Program-made: the position numbers and the translations under genes | Notes under the pieces: model-generated | Told to the model about the DNA's origin: nothing | Databases searched by the model: none | What the model saw: the letters and a program-made list of their open reading frames with translations, nothing else | In this document: in pieces, positions 52,201-64,000 of the stretch | Numbering within the stretch: position 1 is the stretch's first letter | Layout: the number at the start of each line of letters is the position of its first letter | Source: Phoronis australis | Taxonomy: Eukaryota > Animalia > Phoronida | Reading direction: 5' to 3' | Assembly: GCA_002633005.1 (NCBI GenBank) | Contig: NMRA01000313.1 | Span: 248,001-312,000 of the forward strand | DNA: 64,000 nucleotides

Positions 52201-55200
52201 TTTTTATCCTGAATAAATTATATCTTACTACTAAGGTTAGCAAGTCAAAAATACATCTAATAATCTAATAATTTGCTGGGATCATGTTTGGCAACCCCAT
52301 CCCAATCTTTGAATTAGTCAAAATGCTCATGTGGTCCAGCGTACTCAGTGGAGTTGCTGGAGTTGGGCGGGGTGGAGAGCGGGGGTTGCGTTAGGTGGAG
52401 GAAGGAAGCGTTATCTTTTGACGCGAGCGGAACTGATCCTAGCAGCACCACTGAGAGAAGTTTTGTCGTGGCGGAGGTTGGGGCTCAGTTTTTTTAAGTC
52501 ATTGTGTTGAAAATGCTCGTGCTACATGTAACTTGACTTGTCCCAGTTTGAAGTTTTACCTTGTCCTAATTACCATTGTCAATAATGACAAGAAAAAATA
52601 ATAGCCTAGGAAAAGCTGAACGTGGCTTTGTTTGGCTCCAAACGTAGCATATATGACACATGGATTGAGATCTCAGTTTTGCATTCAGAATGTGCACCTT
52701 ACTTCTTGAAGCCGAAATCTTGTTTAGATTTTAAATTTGCCTCATTTGCTTGTTATGCCTTGAAAAAGATTTCACTCCAAATATTTCATAGTTACGCTGC
52801 AGTGTTAATTTACATTACATATGTTAGTTAGTTTTTTGTCATACTTTTTTCTCTGAAACAGTTATGTAATAAATGTTACACTGATATTTGGTTAATAACA
52901 GGCATCATGTAAACAAGACGTTAATTCAGATGCTTTACAAAAATCTGTATTTATTGTGTTCACCACATTTCAAACTCGGCGTTTCAGGAGTTTTTTACTA
53001 ACACATTTTGGATGTTAAATTCATGTTATATTTTAAGGAAAGTTTGACCTTATGTGCGTTTCTGTGTTTTAGTTCTTAACTACGAATGAAAAGTTCATCT
53101 TGCGAAAAATCCAGTCCAATAGGTTACTTTGTGTTACAAGCAGGTGTTCTAAACAACATGTGTCTCTGTGCTACATGTACACGAAAATAGTTTTTGTCCA
53201 GCGCACAGTTTCTTTTGTAACAATTACCATTCTTAAAGGTTAGGTTGGGCTCTATAAAAATGGTCAAATTTGGCAAACTTCGGAACATCATATCTTAGGC
53301 CTGATCGGACTCATATGAAACTTCCAGATACTTATAAATTTTTCCACTACATAGGAATGCTAGTACCATATCCTATCGAGAATTTATTTTATCTGGGAAT
53401 GTCCCAAAGAGACCGAAGGTACAGTGGTATCGGCCTGGATTCAACTTCTTAACGACACTAAGGACGTTCAGTCCATTCTTTTTTTAAACGTTTAGCTAGC
53501 ACCTTTTTCGTTTAACAAATTGTCTAATGCCGAGAGTAACTTATTTATCTATTATTGATTTTTACTTCTATTTTCTACGTTGTGTTATCTTTTTTGTTGT
53601 TTTAGTCTTTCACTTTTATTTATAATTATCAATTGTACACTTGTTTGTATTTTGTTTCTGTTTATTTATGTTTGTTTTCAACCATTTCTTTTTAATCCTT
53701 TTTCTGACTTCAATGGAGTTAAGTCTCAGACTGTTTGTGCTATCCGTGTTCCCGAATTATACTTTTTTTTTCTTTGTCTTGTGTGTGTTTTTGTTTTTAA
53801 TTTTCTGTACTTGTGTGAGCTACATAAAATAACTTTAAAAAATAAAATGGATTTCCGCCATATTGGATTTGCACCAGTGGGTCTTCACAACGGTAACTAA
53901 TGTAGGCGTGGCCTGACTGCTTTGCTGGACCTATCCAGTACAAGTTTTACAGTTATTAACTAATACAACGAAATTATTTTTATAAGGAAAAAAGGTGTTG
54001 AGGCAAGGATTGCAAAAATGTATGTAGGCCAAGTGATAACTATACACTCAGATTGATGATTTAGTGAATGATAAGTACAATATTATTATGAATTGACCAG
54101 TCATTAAATTAACAATCGCTCCGCCCATTCGAACATGGCAATGGCCACAAGTAGCTTAATCAAGTTTGTCTTAGGGCGAGCGCAGATAAAGAGCTACGCA
54201 ACTCGAATGGCAGATGCACATTTATGGGCCAGTGGAAGAGTGTGCAATCTTTCTTTGTTATACTCAAAAGTTCCATAAACAATCAACAAGTGCAGCTCAT
54301 TTTTGCCTCGTGAGACGAGGAGACGAAAATGTCTCACTTGGCGCAGGTCATTTACCCGGCATGTGTTCCTTAGACGTGAGAAGCTCGCGAAAACTCAAGA
54401 TCACTCAAGATTTCGCGAGATATCGCCAGGAGCACTTGGTCAAACTTTCTTTCTTTATGAGAGTTTTGCATCTACGGAACTCAACCCTGTAGCCTAAATC
54501 CTCACAGCATGCAGACTGGCTGAGCTAAAAGCTCAGCCTGAGTTCAGTAGCTGTCTCGCGGCTAGAAAATCTAGCCAAAATCAATTGTTATTTAAAATAC
54601 ACGCCAATATCTCTCGTAGCGAGGTCCTGGTGAGGTCCTAGGGTTATTGAATTCTTTGGTCGCCAGTAAAAATTTAATTATTTCATCAGGTGACAACAAC
54701 AAATCTCTCTCGTTAGTGTATTCTAACTTTAACCGTGTATACTTTACATGTACGCTGTTTACTACGAACGGAAGGCGGGTAACACGTACCGAGCTATCAG
54801 TTGAGCTATAGTTCACTTGAGGACTTCAGCTCGACTTGCAGCATCTCGTCTGCGCTCGTCGTCTAAGCGATATACCGGTGACGATTTCTGATAGTTTTGT
54901 TCTATAAGCCATCATTGAGAATTCAAAGACGACGACTGGTCAGCTAATCTTAAGTCAGTTGACGAATGCAAACCTGCATCAAAACATCGCACCGTCACGG
55001 TATTCTTCAAAATATGTTTGTTTAAAGAGGCATGGAACGCGAAAATTCGTAAAAATACCTTTTAAACAGATGTTGGCGAATCTACTTTTTGGGAATGATA
55101 ACGTGAGAACCATTTACTCTGAATATTGCAAAAAATTTCAAGAAAAATCGTCAAATTTGCTTTTTTGTTGTGACGTCAGAACCAAAAAAAATAAAAGATA

Positions 55201-55223
55201 TTAAAACACTTGTTCCGTGACGT

Positions 55224-55290
55224 GTTGGTGGCGCAGTGGTGAAGTCGAAGCATGCGAAATGAGAAATTTAGGTTGAACTCCACAAGCCAC
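55224..55290 (+). pseudogene. Degenerate tRNA-derived (A/B box) sequence
   Basis: TGGCGCAGTGG A box; degenerate B box GGTTGAACTCC. Confidence 0.4.
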
Positions 55291-56255
55291 TAGTTTGCTT
55301 TAGCGGTGAAAAATCTTCACATATGGAAAGACTGGACTCCACCCCATAACCCTATAATGCAACTTTCCAGCCTCGCTAACCAATCAGTTCGGTGGCCACC
55401 ATTTTGTTAGGACAAGCTTGTATGCTTCCGATTCAAATAATCGCTTTTCACTAACGAAGTCTTTCGTGAGAAACTAGATTTACGTAAGGCTTTTTTAATT
55501 CGAATTTCAATGAAGTAATCGTTACTTCGAGAATAAATTGTGAAACAATTTGAAACGGCGTTAACGGCGGCCAATATCGGATTTAGGGGGGCCGCCCCCC
55601 CCCCTTGGCTGCCGCCAAATAAATAAAACAGCAAGAGCGTAGGGAAATGTTGAGTTTATTAGTTTATTAATTAACCCCGGTCATTAAAATTATACGGCTG
55701 AAACAATATAAAAATGTGTGCAGTTTTAGTGTTTTGGGGAGGGGGTGCTCAGAACCAATTTCAAGTGTCAAATTCGGAACACGGCGCAATCGTAACGGAA
55801 CTATGGCTAAGTATAGGCTCTCCCTCGATATCCCAGGCGATCGGCAGTGGCACTGCGCACAACGACTCCGTTTCCGTCGTCTGCTCCACTGTGCAATGAA
55901 GAAATTCATTTTTTAAAGAAAATGGAATCTGAGTGACGATGAAAAACAGAAGCTGCTGGTAAGATGTGAATTTTAATCGAAGCCTTTAGTGAATCACTCA
56001 GAAACTCAAAATTCTCTCTTTGACAAACCTTAACGTAAGACGATTTCCAAAGCAATCGCGTCATTATTGCCAACACAAAAAACGGATTTAGTCTTTTGGG
56101 CAATTGAAGACTATTTTAACAACAAATTTGTTACGAACCGATTGCACAATATATAAAACGTGTAAAAAGCATTACAAAAGAAGTCAACGTAGGTTTCGCT
56201 CTCAAACGCTGCTGGCCATAAACAAGTAGGTCTCTTAGTAATAAAGTCGTAGTAA

Positions 56256-56320
56256 GTCGTGGTGGTGCAGTGGTAAAGCACGCGCGCTCGATCCGCCAGG
56301 TCGTGAGTTCGAGTCCGTGG
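56256..56320 (+). pseudogene. tRNA-derived (A/B box) sequence followed by T-runs
   Basis: TGGTGCAGTGG A box, AGTTCGAGTCC B box, downstream TTTT and long poly-T; no intact acceptor stem. Confidence 0.55.
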
Positions 56321-56663
56321 TTATTACAGTTTTGTTCTGTTTCACACGTTCTCCGTGTTTTTTTTTTTTTTTTTTTTTTTTTTTCTTGGATAATACTTCA
56401 GGAATCAAGGAAAATGNNNNNNNNNNNNNNNNNNNNNNNNNNNNNNNNNNNNNNNNNNNNNNNNNNNNNNNNNNNNNNNNNNNNNNNNNNNNNNNNNNNN
56501 NNNNNNNNNNNNNNNNNNNNNNNNNNNNNNNNNNNNNNNNNNNNNNNNNNNNNNNNNNNNNNNNNNNNNNNNNNNNNNNNNNNNNNNNNNNNNNNNNNNN
56601 NNNNNNNNNNNNNNNNNNNNNNNNNNNNNNNNNNNNNNNNNNNNNNNNNNNNNNNNNNNNNNN

Positions 56664-57240
56664 GGACGGACGGACGGACGGACGGATGGATGGATGGATG
56701 GATGGATGGATGGACGGGTGGCTGGGTGGATAGGGCTGAAGAAAGAACGGATGGATGGATGGATGGACGGGTGGCTGGGTGCATATGGCTGAAGAAAGAA
56801 CGGATGGATGGATGGATTAGGGGGTAGATGGATGGATGGATGGATGGATGGATGGATGGATGGATGAATGAGTTGATGGATAGATGGAAGGATTCGATGG
56901 GTGGATGAATGGATGGATGGACGAATTGATGGACGGATTTATGGATGGATGCATGTATGCACTTATGTATGAGTGATGAATAAATTGCTGGATGGATGGA
57001 TAAATAGGCAGCTGGACAGAAAGATGCACGGACGGACGGTTGAATGGGTGGAGGGGTGCACCGAAGGAAGGGTGGTTGGAGGGATGGTTAGATGAATGGG
57101 TGGATGGATGGCTAGACGAATGCATAGATAGACCGACGGACGAGCGGGTGGGTGGATAAATTGATGGTTTGGTGGAAAATGGACTAACGGAGGAATGTTT
57201 AGATGGATGGTAGATGTTCAGACGGGTGGATGAATAGGTC
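56664..57240. repeat. (GATG/GACG)n microsatellite, degenerating rightwards
   Basis: Direct tetramer units next to an N-gap. Confidence 0.95.
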
Positions 57241-59000
57241 GACAGATTCGTGCTGGACTCTCCAAGAACTGTCGAAAACCCATTTAAGTTTATGCCCCTA
57301 ATAGAACACTTCGCGTGTACTCTTATGCACATGACGAATCACATTGACCAAAACGAAAAAATGTATGATAAATCGAGACATTGCGAGATATTAGCATAGC
57401 TTGTTGGGAAGACCGACTTCATTACTAAAAACTCTTACAAATGTTAATAGTGTTGTGAATAAACTCTGCATTTTCTTGTAGAGGGCAATGTAAAATCGAC
57501 TTGTTTACACTATCCAGGTATCTACCGTGCTACTGCCCACGCGCTACGCACGCTTATTTCAAAACCATGGAATCGTGTATCTACGCTCCCTCGCAGCGCC
57601 CTCATGTTGAACCAAGGCATACCGGGCATCCAGACGAGTCATTGACTGCGCGATCTAGCGATCAAGCTGGGAATTAAACTACTTTTTCTGCAGGCGTTTG
57701 TGCGCGATATGAATAAGACAAAAAGTGTCGGCTTACGTAATAAACGACAGTATATCGAAAGTGTACGTTCGGCTTTGAAGCGATGGAGACTATGACTGGT
57801 CGGAGTGATCTTTTGTGCACGATATAAATCGTCAAGAAAGCTAGGTGGTTATAAAGCTGCATTAAACCTGGGCTTTCTGTCAAAAAACTAGTTTCGATTT
57901 ACATGTAAGCCACATACCGTTATAAAAAGAGTACTGCCTCGATCAAATCGGAAGCATTTTCTGGGTACGGAAAGAACTGAAAGTTCGTTTTTTAGACCAA
58001 GTGCAGAAACCGCGCCTTTTGTAACTAAGGAACAGTTTGACGCCAATTTCAAAACTTTACGTGCGTAAATCAAAACTTGACACGGGTTTAGGGCCGCTTT
58101 TAACCACACACGTGGGATGCATAGAGTTGCAGGCAAATATGACCGCTACAAATTGGTGAATAGATTAAAAGAAAGGGGGAACAAATAGGTGCATGGATGG
58201 ATAAATGAATGCATTGATGGATAAAACAAGGCACAGCCGTAAAGTACGTTAGACGTAGAACGAAGTGTACTGTCATGGACACAAAGGAATTCTCACTGAC
58301 TGCTGTGTCAAATATACAACCAATCAAAGCATACCATGGGGTCCGGTTATTGTCGTTTGTTATTTGAAAGATTAAAAGAAAATCGTGTTATAAGAAACCC
58401 ATTTTTATTAATGAGCGTATTCTCTTGGGGCTTTCCTAAAGGACAGGGGACATATTTTTCTATACTCTCTTAAAAGCCAAAGCGCCTGAATGTCATATAC
58501 AACTGTATAGTAACATTATATACGGCCAACAGTTTTTATAAGAATGTACTAAATAAATTTCGTTAACTTAGGTGTTGGTGTGAGCATCACGTTCAGCATC
58601 CACCTTCTAGAGTAGCCTCTGGCAGTAAAATCCGCCAAAGAACGCTCAAGCTGAGCGTGTGTGGATAGGCAAATCTAATGATCAATAGATGTTAAAATAG
58701 TTACTCGCTACTTGCCACGTTGCTAGATGATTGATAATTAGAGGTTCCCTTTTGCGAGAAGTGCACTTTAAAAATACAATCGAAACAATGAGGGGAATTT
58801 CTGTTTAAAAAGGTGTCTTCGTAAATAAGCTATCTAAAATATACATTTTCTTCAATTTTGGTTGAGGCCAAGAGGGAGTGCATTAGCTTCCGCCAATAGA
58901 ATAGAAACACGGTGTCCTTTCGCAATTAATTGAGCGAGTTTATTTCCCAGTCTGGACATGACAAAAGGTATGCAGTTGAGAATTCGCCTTTATGATTTAA

Positions 59001-59762
59001 AGAGGCCCGGAACGCGAAAAACAGACTAAATTGCATTACTCAGTGTGGTTCACTGCCACTGAAACAGAATTCAATATGTTCATCAGGTATTTTTACCGTT
59101 TGTTCGTAAAGATTTTGAATTTTCTGCTTATGTTTATGAAAAAACGACCTATCAGCTGCTCGTCCCTTCGTCGATTTTTCTCCTACAAGGCAATCACGTC
59201 TCCTAGTTTTAGTATGACAAAATATAGACGTAGCACGTTTCTCTTATATGGAAGATGTTACCTTTGACCTTTGATGTAAACTAAATGACGGCGACTTCGA
59301 GCAGCAGCCAGCCCCCTTAACATGTGATTCATATAAGTCCTAACTGTTTAAACCTATTTAAAAAAACATCACAGTATTCAAATATATTCTAAAATGCACA
59401 TGGAGTCATTTTTGGAAAACTGATTGTCTCATTGGTTTGCCTCATACGTTGCTGTTGACCTCAGATTCGGAGTGCAATCACACATGACAATCTGCCGCTA
59501 ATATCCATCTTGTCAAGTCAACTGTTTGTCGAATGATTGTTAGCGCATGCGCGCATTTATCATAAGTTCGAGGGACATAAGAAAGTCTGTGGTGACTACA
59601 GAGTTTTTCCATTGTGCGTACTTCAAAAATAGTGAATGGTGATTTTTTTGGAAATTCTCTCACAGGGGAAGTGAATACCTCTGTAGTAAACGTGGCGAAA
59701 TGGTTCTTTCGTTAGAAATTGTTTAAAAGATATTTTGAAGTGCTTTTACGTTCCATGCCTCT
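59001..59762. mobile_element. Non-autonomous Kolobok-type DNA transposon, family A copy 2
   Basis: TTAA|AGAGGCCCGGAACGCGAAAA ... TTTTACGTTCCATGCCTCT|TTGA; homologous to 558-1157. Confidence 0.75.
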
Positions 59763-60030
59763 TTGAAACGTACGTGTAGAGACTTGCCAACGTCAAATAA
59801 ATTTTCCACGTGGAGCCGTGAAAGGGAGGTCTCTCATGCATAACTTTTGTAGCAGACGTACTCTCAATAAAAGGGCAATCACACAGATTGTGAAAAGCCT
59901 CTCGTGTCCGGTGTTTCCTGGTCTTATTCCATAAGTTTCTGAGGGGCTTTCACAATCTGTGTGATTTTCCCTTTTATTACTCTCCTTCTGAAGAAGCTCA
60001 TTCTGGCATCCTGGCAGTTGACATCCATCT

Positions 60031-60069
60031 TGGGTCACTCGGCACCAGCAATGTGGGGACACGGCACCA
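60031..60069 (-). other. Primer binding site (tRNA-His type), tandemly duplicated
   Basis: Minus strand TGGTGCCGTGTCCC and TGGTGCCGAGTGACCC, each preceded by ACA-TTGC; complementary to a tRNA-His 3' end (..TCACGGCACCA). Confidence 0.6.
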
Positions 60070-60073
60070 GCAA

Positions 60074-61258
60074 TGTAGAGTCACGGCTCTAGAAATGAGG
60101 TAGTTTAGGTCGTGGTAGTAAAGTTGTGTTACCCGGTTCGTGGTTGAACGGTAGATAGTTGGCTAACGAGGTAGCAACAGCAAGTGTAAAAACTATCACA
60201 GTCGTTGAGTTTCTACTGACACACAAAGTTTATTAACTCCAGGCCCGTAGCAAGCGTTGCGCGGGGGTGGTTCGAATTTCTAGAAAGGTGGACCTTTTGC
60301 AAAAGTCGACACTCAAGTTTTCGGTAAGGCGTTTGAAGCTTAATTACGGGGAAGGGAATCTGTATCCACGGCAACGATGGCTCTCAGCTCTATAATCCTG
60401 AGATAATACGGAATTTGGAATACCAGAAATGAGGATGTCGTGACGGTCGCTCGCAAAAAGGGGACTCAAATTCGGAGGTAATGTGATCCGTCAATAGAGG
60501 CCTAACGTTCTCGCGTTACCTCCTGCCAAACTTTCAAATCGGGCTTTTTTAAATGAGTGATTACACCACGTTACATACTTGGACGGTAATATTTAGTCGG
60601 AGAATGATTTGAAGTATTTTTTCATCTGATTGTATTTTTGTAAAAAGTTGCTTTCGATCGAACCCTCCGAATCCTCCCCTGGCTACGAGCCTGAACTACA
60701 ATATTTACAGTGAGTAGAAATAGGTGTGGGTTGTGAGTGCAACACAACAATATTGAAAGATCCGGTGATGTCCTTCAAATCATAAACGTGAATGAAGTCT
60801 GGACAGCTGTCTAGCATATGGGGTTTCACTATGAGTAGGCACTGGTCAGTGATTGTGACGGATTGCAAGACAAACCGTCCAAACGGTAGACGAAACACTT
60901 GTTGATTTTGAAGATATCGTTCGTAGTTTGGTAGATATGAAAATAGAGTTCCGGTGTTAACTTGTATTCATAATACCTTCAAATCAGTGCACAACACTTT
61001 TCATACTCACAACTACGTATCATTCCAAAAACTGCGGCAACTACGTGCCTAACACAAGGAAAGACGTGGCGCCAACCAATCATATACCAAAGCCGAGTAC
61101 ACGTGGTCAGGCCCCCAGAATCACAGCAACACCCATAGTCAAATCATAAAGTTAAATACATAATGAAATGGCAATACAAAATGTGACAATCAATAAAATT
61201 AGGGAATCCCTAACAGTGACATTGTAAACAAAACACAAGGATGCCCGGAACTGTTACA
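60074..61258 (-). mobile_element. 5' LTR of a truncated LTR retrotransposon (probably Gypsy), interrupted by a MITE
   Basis: Minus strand starts TGTAAC and ends CTACA, contains AATAAA (60229-60234) and is immediately followed by the PBS; ~730 bp without the insert. The left boundary is less certain. Confidence 0.55.
60240..60693. mobile_element. hAT-like MITE (related fragment ~8850-9050)
   Basis: TIRs CAGGCCCGTAGC ... GCTACGAGCCTG; no clean 8-bp TSD. Confidence 0.6.
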
Positions 61259-62699
61259 TAAATTGTTTTGTTGGAACAGTTGTACGTCATAGGAAATGAT
61301 TAAACTTGCACCTAATTGACTTCATATTTTATGACAGGTTTGTTATCCATCTGGTATATTGTATGTTACAGTTAAGCCCAGTTGCCAATCGTGAACCCAT
61401 TTGGTTCTTCACGTACGTAACACGTACTCTGTTCAGCGTCTCTGTAATCCCCCACTGGCTTTTACCGAGCCCGACTCAGATACGCTAATGGACTCGGTGT
61501 GTCGTCGGATTACAAACATAGTAACAATTTGCAGTTTTATGAACTGTCACAAATTATTCTCCTCGAGTTCAAATACAGACACAATCGAATGACTTGGGGA
61601 ATTGGCAACGAAGACGACCATTTTGAAATAGGGATAAAATGGTGGTAATTCGTGTAACGTCAATTTCCGGCTTCGGGAAAAAGCCTGGATTTCGACAAAT
61701 TATTCTTTTACAAAAATGATATTCAACTATCTAAAAAGTCATTTCACTAGTTTCTGTCATTTACTCGCACGTCCAAAAAGTCTCACCATTTTCTTGCAAC
61801 CTTATCTTCATGTCCGTCATGCTGGCGCACTTGACCAAACATCAACAAAATTGTGACAATTCAACACAGTAAAAGTATTTGTAACAGTTGAGAGTCTGTA
61901 GAATTCAGCTCTACTTTATACCGGCGTGTGATAGTTGTTCACGAGACTCTGTCTATTAAAGGAAAGGTGCATTCACAAAAACAGCGTCGTCAATGACATG
62001 GTCCAAATGTCTTTTGCCGTAAACATTCAAGGCGAAATCTCAACAATGTTGTTACAGTTTTCTGTCGTATTGTGCAATATTTGAGTGCTTCTTGCAAGTC
62101 CTACTTTGATAGCACCTGGTGCAAAAGAGGATCATTTAAAAGCAATTCCTAACAGTGTTTTGAAGAAGTGTGCGTAAGTCCTTGGATCTGATAGTTCAAT
62201 TAAAATCCGATCAGCTCTGTCTGAGATACGTCGTTCCGAAGTTACTAAAATGATGATTATCAAGTGCGTGTACAGTAGGTGCACTGAAACACGGTCTACT
62301 CTAGCTTCTTGTGCCGCAAAACGAAGTCTAACACTGTGGGCGGTGGCCGAACACTACTAAACTAGATATCCGGAGTTTCATGGTGAAAACAAGTTTGATG
62401 GAATTGACAATTGTGATTATCAGTATTCAAAATGGCGACTTCCATGAAAGTTCTATTGTGTAAAAGAACGCATGAGCACATTGAACGACAAGTACGTACC
62501 GCATCATATCCGATTTTATTATTTGTATTCTTAGCGACCTCTCATCGTTCAGGATTATATGTACATCTTTTTACGGTTTTATTTTTCATAAATATTGGGA
62601 TTTTTATGTCAAAGCATTTTTCCTTTAGTTTCAAAGGTCAAAAAACTATCTGTTAACAGCTCGTCACTTCCCCCCACGGCAAAGCACGTCCCCTTATGT

Positions 62700-62930
62700 G
62701 GTATGGCAAGACATACATTTCCCTTATATGGAAAATTTGACCTTTGATCTTTGATATAAACAATAGTGATTTCAAGCAGGAAGCTGTGCGACTTCCTGGA
62801 CAGCGCATGCGAGCATATATATTACTAAGAGCGGAGAATTTGAAAACTGTATTAGGTTGACAGAGTTTACATTTCGTCTGTGTTTCAAAAATAGTGAATC
62901 TGGCGAGATTTTCTAGAACTTCTCTCTTAG
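62700..62930 (+). repeat. Diverged internal fragment related to Kolobok family A
   Basis: CTTATATGGAA..ACCTTTGAYCTTTGATRTAAAC and TTCAAAAATAGTGAAT shared with 59240-59660. Confidence 0.55.
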
Positions 62931-64000
62931 CATACCTAAGACGTAAGCTGGCCACGATCTATTTAAAAGGTTCTTACTACGAGTTTTGGCCTTCCATACC
63001 TCTTCGAAACTCTTTTTTGGGTACCAAGAAAAGGTCACGTCCCAGGGAAGAGCACCTGAAGAAAAGGGTGTATCGCCGGCATTTTATTTTGAGTGTCTGA
63101 AGAAAACGACATTTTGTCGCCATTTTATTGTAAATAAGTCATGTGCGTCATTTATTTTAAAAACGGACAGAAAAAGCGACATGAATGACGTGTCAAAGAT
63201 AAAAATTAAAATATTCTGCTGTGGTGTTGGTATTGTATGGTGAGACTGTAACACACAACAATAGAAGTTTTATGTCATTTGTAACACAAACGCCAATACA
63301 CAGTACAGAGGGTATTGACCCTAGCTGTAATCTGTTAGATGTAGGACAAAAATGTATAAGAAACGCGGCTGACGTGGGGAAAATAAGTATACATTGGCAG
63401 AAGGTGACTCTCAGGTGACTCGATTAACAACTAAACGCTGTGCCGGCGGGCAGCGACCCCATATGACGCAATATGACAATACCAGGAGGACTGTTGAATG
63501 AACTGGTATGTGGCGAGCGTAGTACATGTAGCTAGGACAAAAGAGTGAGCATTCTCACAGCTCACCTATGGGGTCATAGCATTAACGGTCACAATGAACG
63601 GTCAGGGTGATCCGAAGTAGCAAAGATCATCAAACGCGGTCCTAATATCGATTACCGGGAACAGGACAGGATAAAAATGTACAAATAGAAAATCACTAAA
63701 TATAATCAATTTAGCAGCTGCCAAAAAAGTAGTATAAATTATTGGGAAAAGGACATTTCCAAAGTCTCTATCCAACATCTCTTGTGTTCATTTGAACGAC
63801 GATTTTTAAACGGTAAGTCCTTGACATTTTGTGCTAAAGAAAATTTCGAGTTTATGTTTTAAGTAGTACCACCAATTTCAATACTGTGCTGGCTGTCCAG
63901 GCATTATAAAACGACATTCGATCAGTTGAAATCCCGGCCGTCAGTGAAAAATAACAAGGCTAGAGTTCAGTAATGCTAGGACCTCGCTGATATCTAGTAG

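Noticed and set aside
53500-53900. Hydrophobic Phe/Leu/Cys-rich ORFs as membrane proteins
   Set aside because: T-rich low-complexity DNA gives hydrophobic translations in several frames.
56817-57332. 171-aa His/Pro/Ser ORF (likewise IQYNT ORFs at 9572-9879 and the 28233-28643 ORF)
   Set aside because: Translations of micro- or minisatellites.

Overview
Eukaryotic (metazoan, probably marine invertebrate; inferred from GT-AG introns, low gene density and the transposon repertoire) AT-rich draft scaffold with three N-gaps. It is not prokaryotic, so most short ORFs in the supplied track are spurious. One well-supported + strand gene was rebuilt by hand from six phase-consistent exons (7690-18262; first exon not found). 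It encodes a single-pass mucin-like membrane protein: 10 x 16-aa S/T/P repeats, a Cys-containing SEA-like domain, a TM helix, a YDNP motif and a C-terminal PDZ-type TRF. A second, speculative six-exon - strand gene (49073-39861, 199 aa, no recognisable family) sits behind a CCAAT-box region. The rest is mostly transposon debris: TTAA-flanked Kolobok-type elements (two families, two copies each), a Crypton (DUF3504-type tyrosine recombinase) pseudogene and Crypton-like palindromic elements, THAP-domain relics, Tc1/mariner-, Harbinger- and hAT-like MITEs, an LTR with a tRNA-His-type PBS, tRNA-like Pol III cassettes, a decayed repetitive exon and several mini/microsatellites. The most unusual item is a Kolobok element whose ~310-bp inverted arms each include the first 15 codons of a THAP ORF and look homogenised within each copy. 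I found no convincing new multi-gene system. All family assignments come from motif recognition, not database searches.
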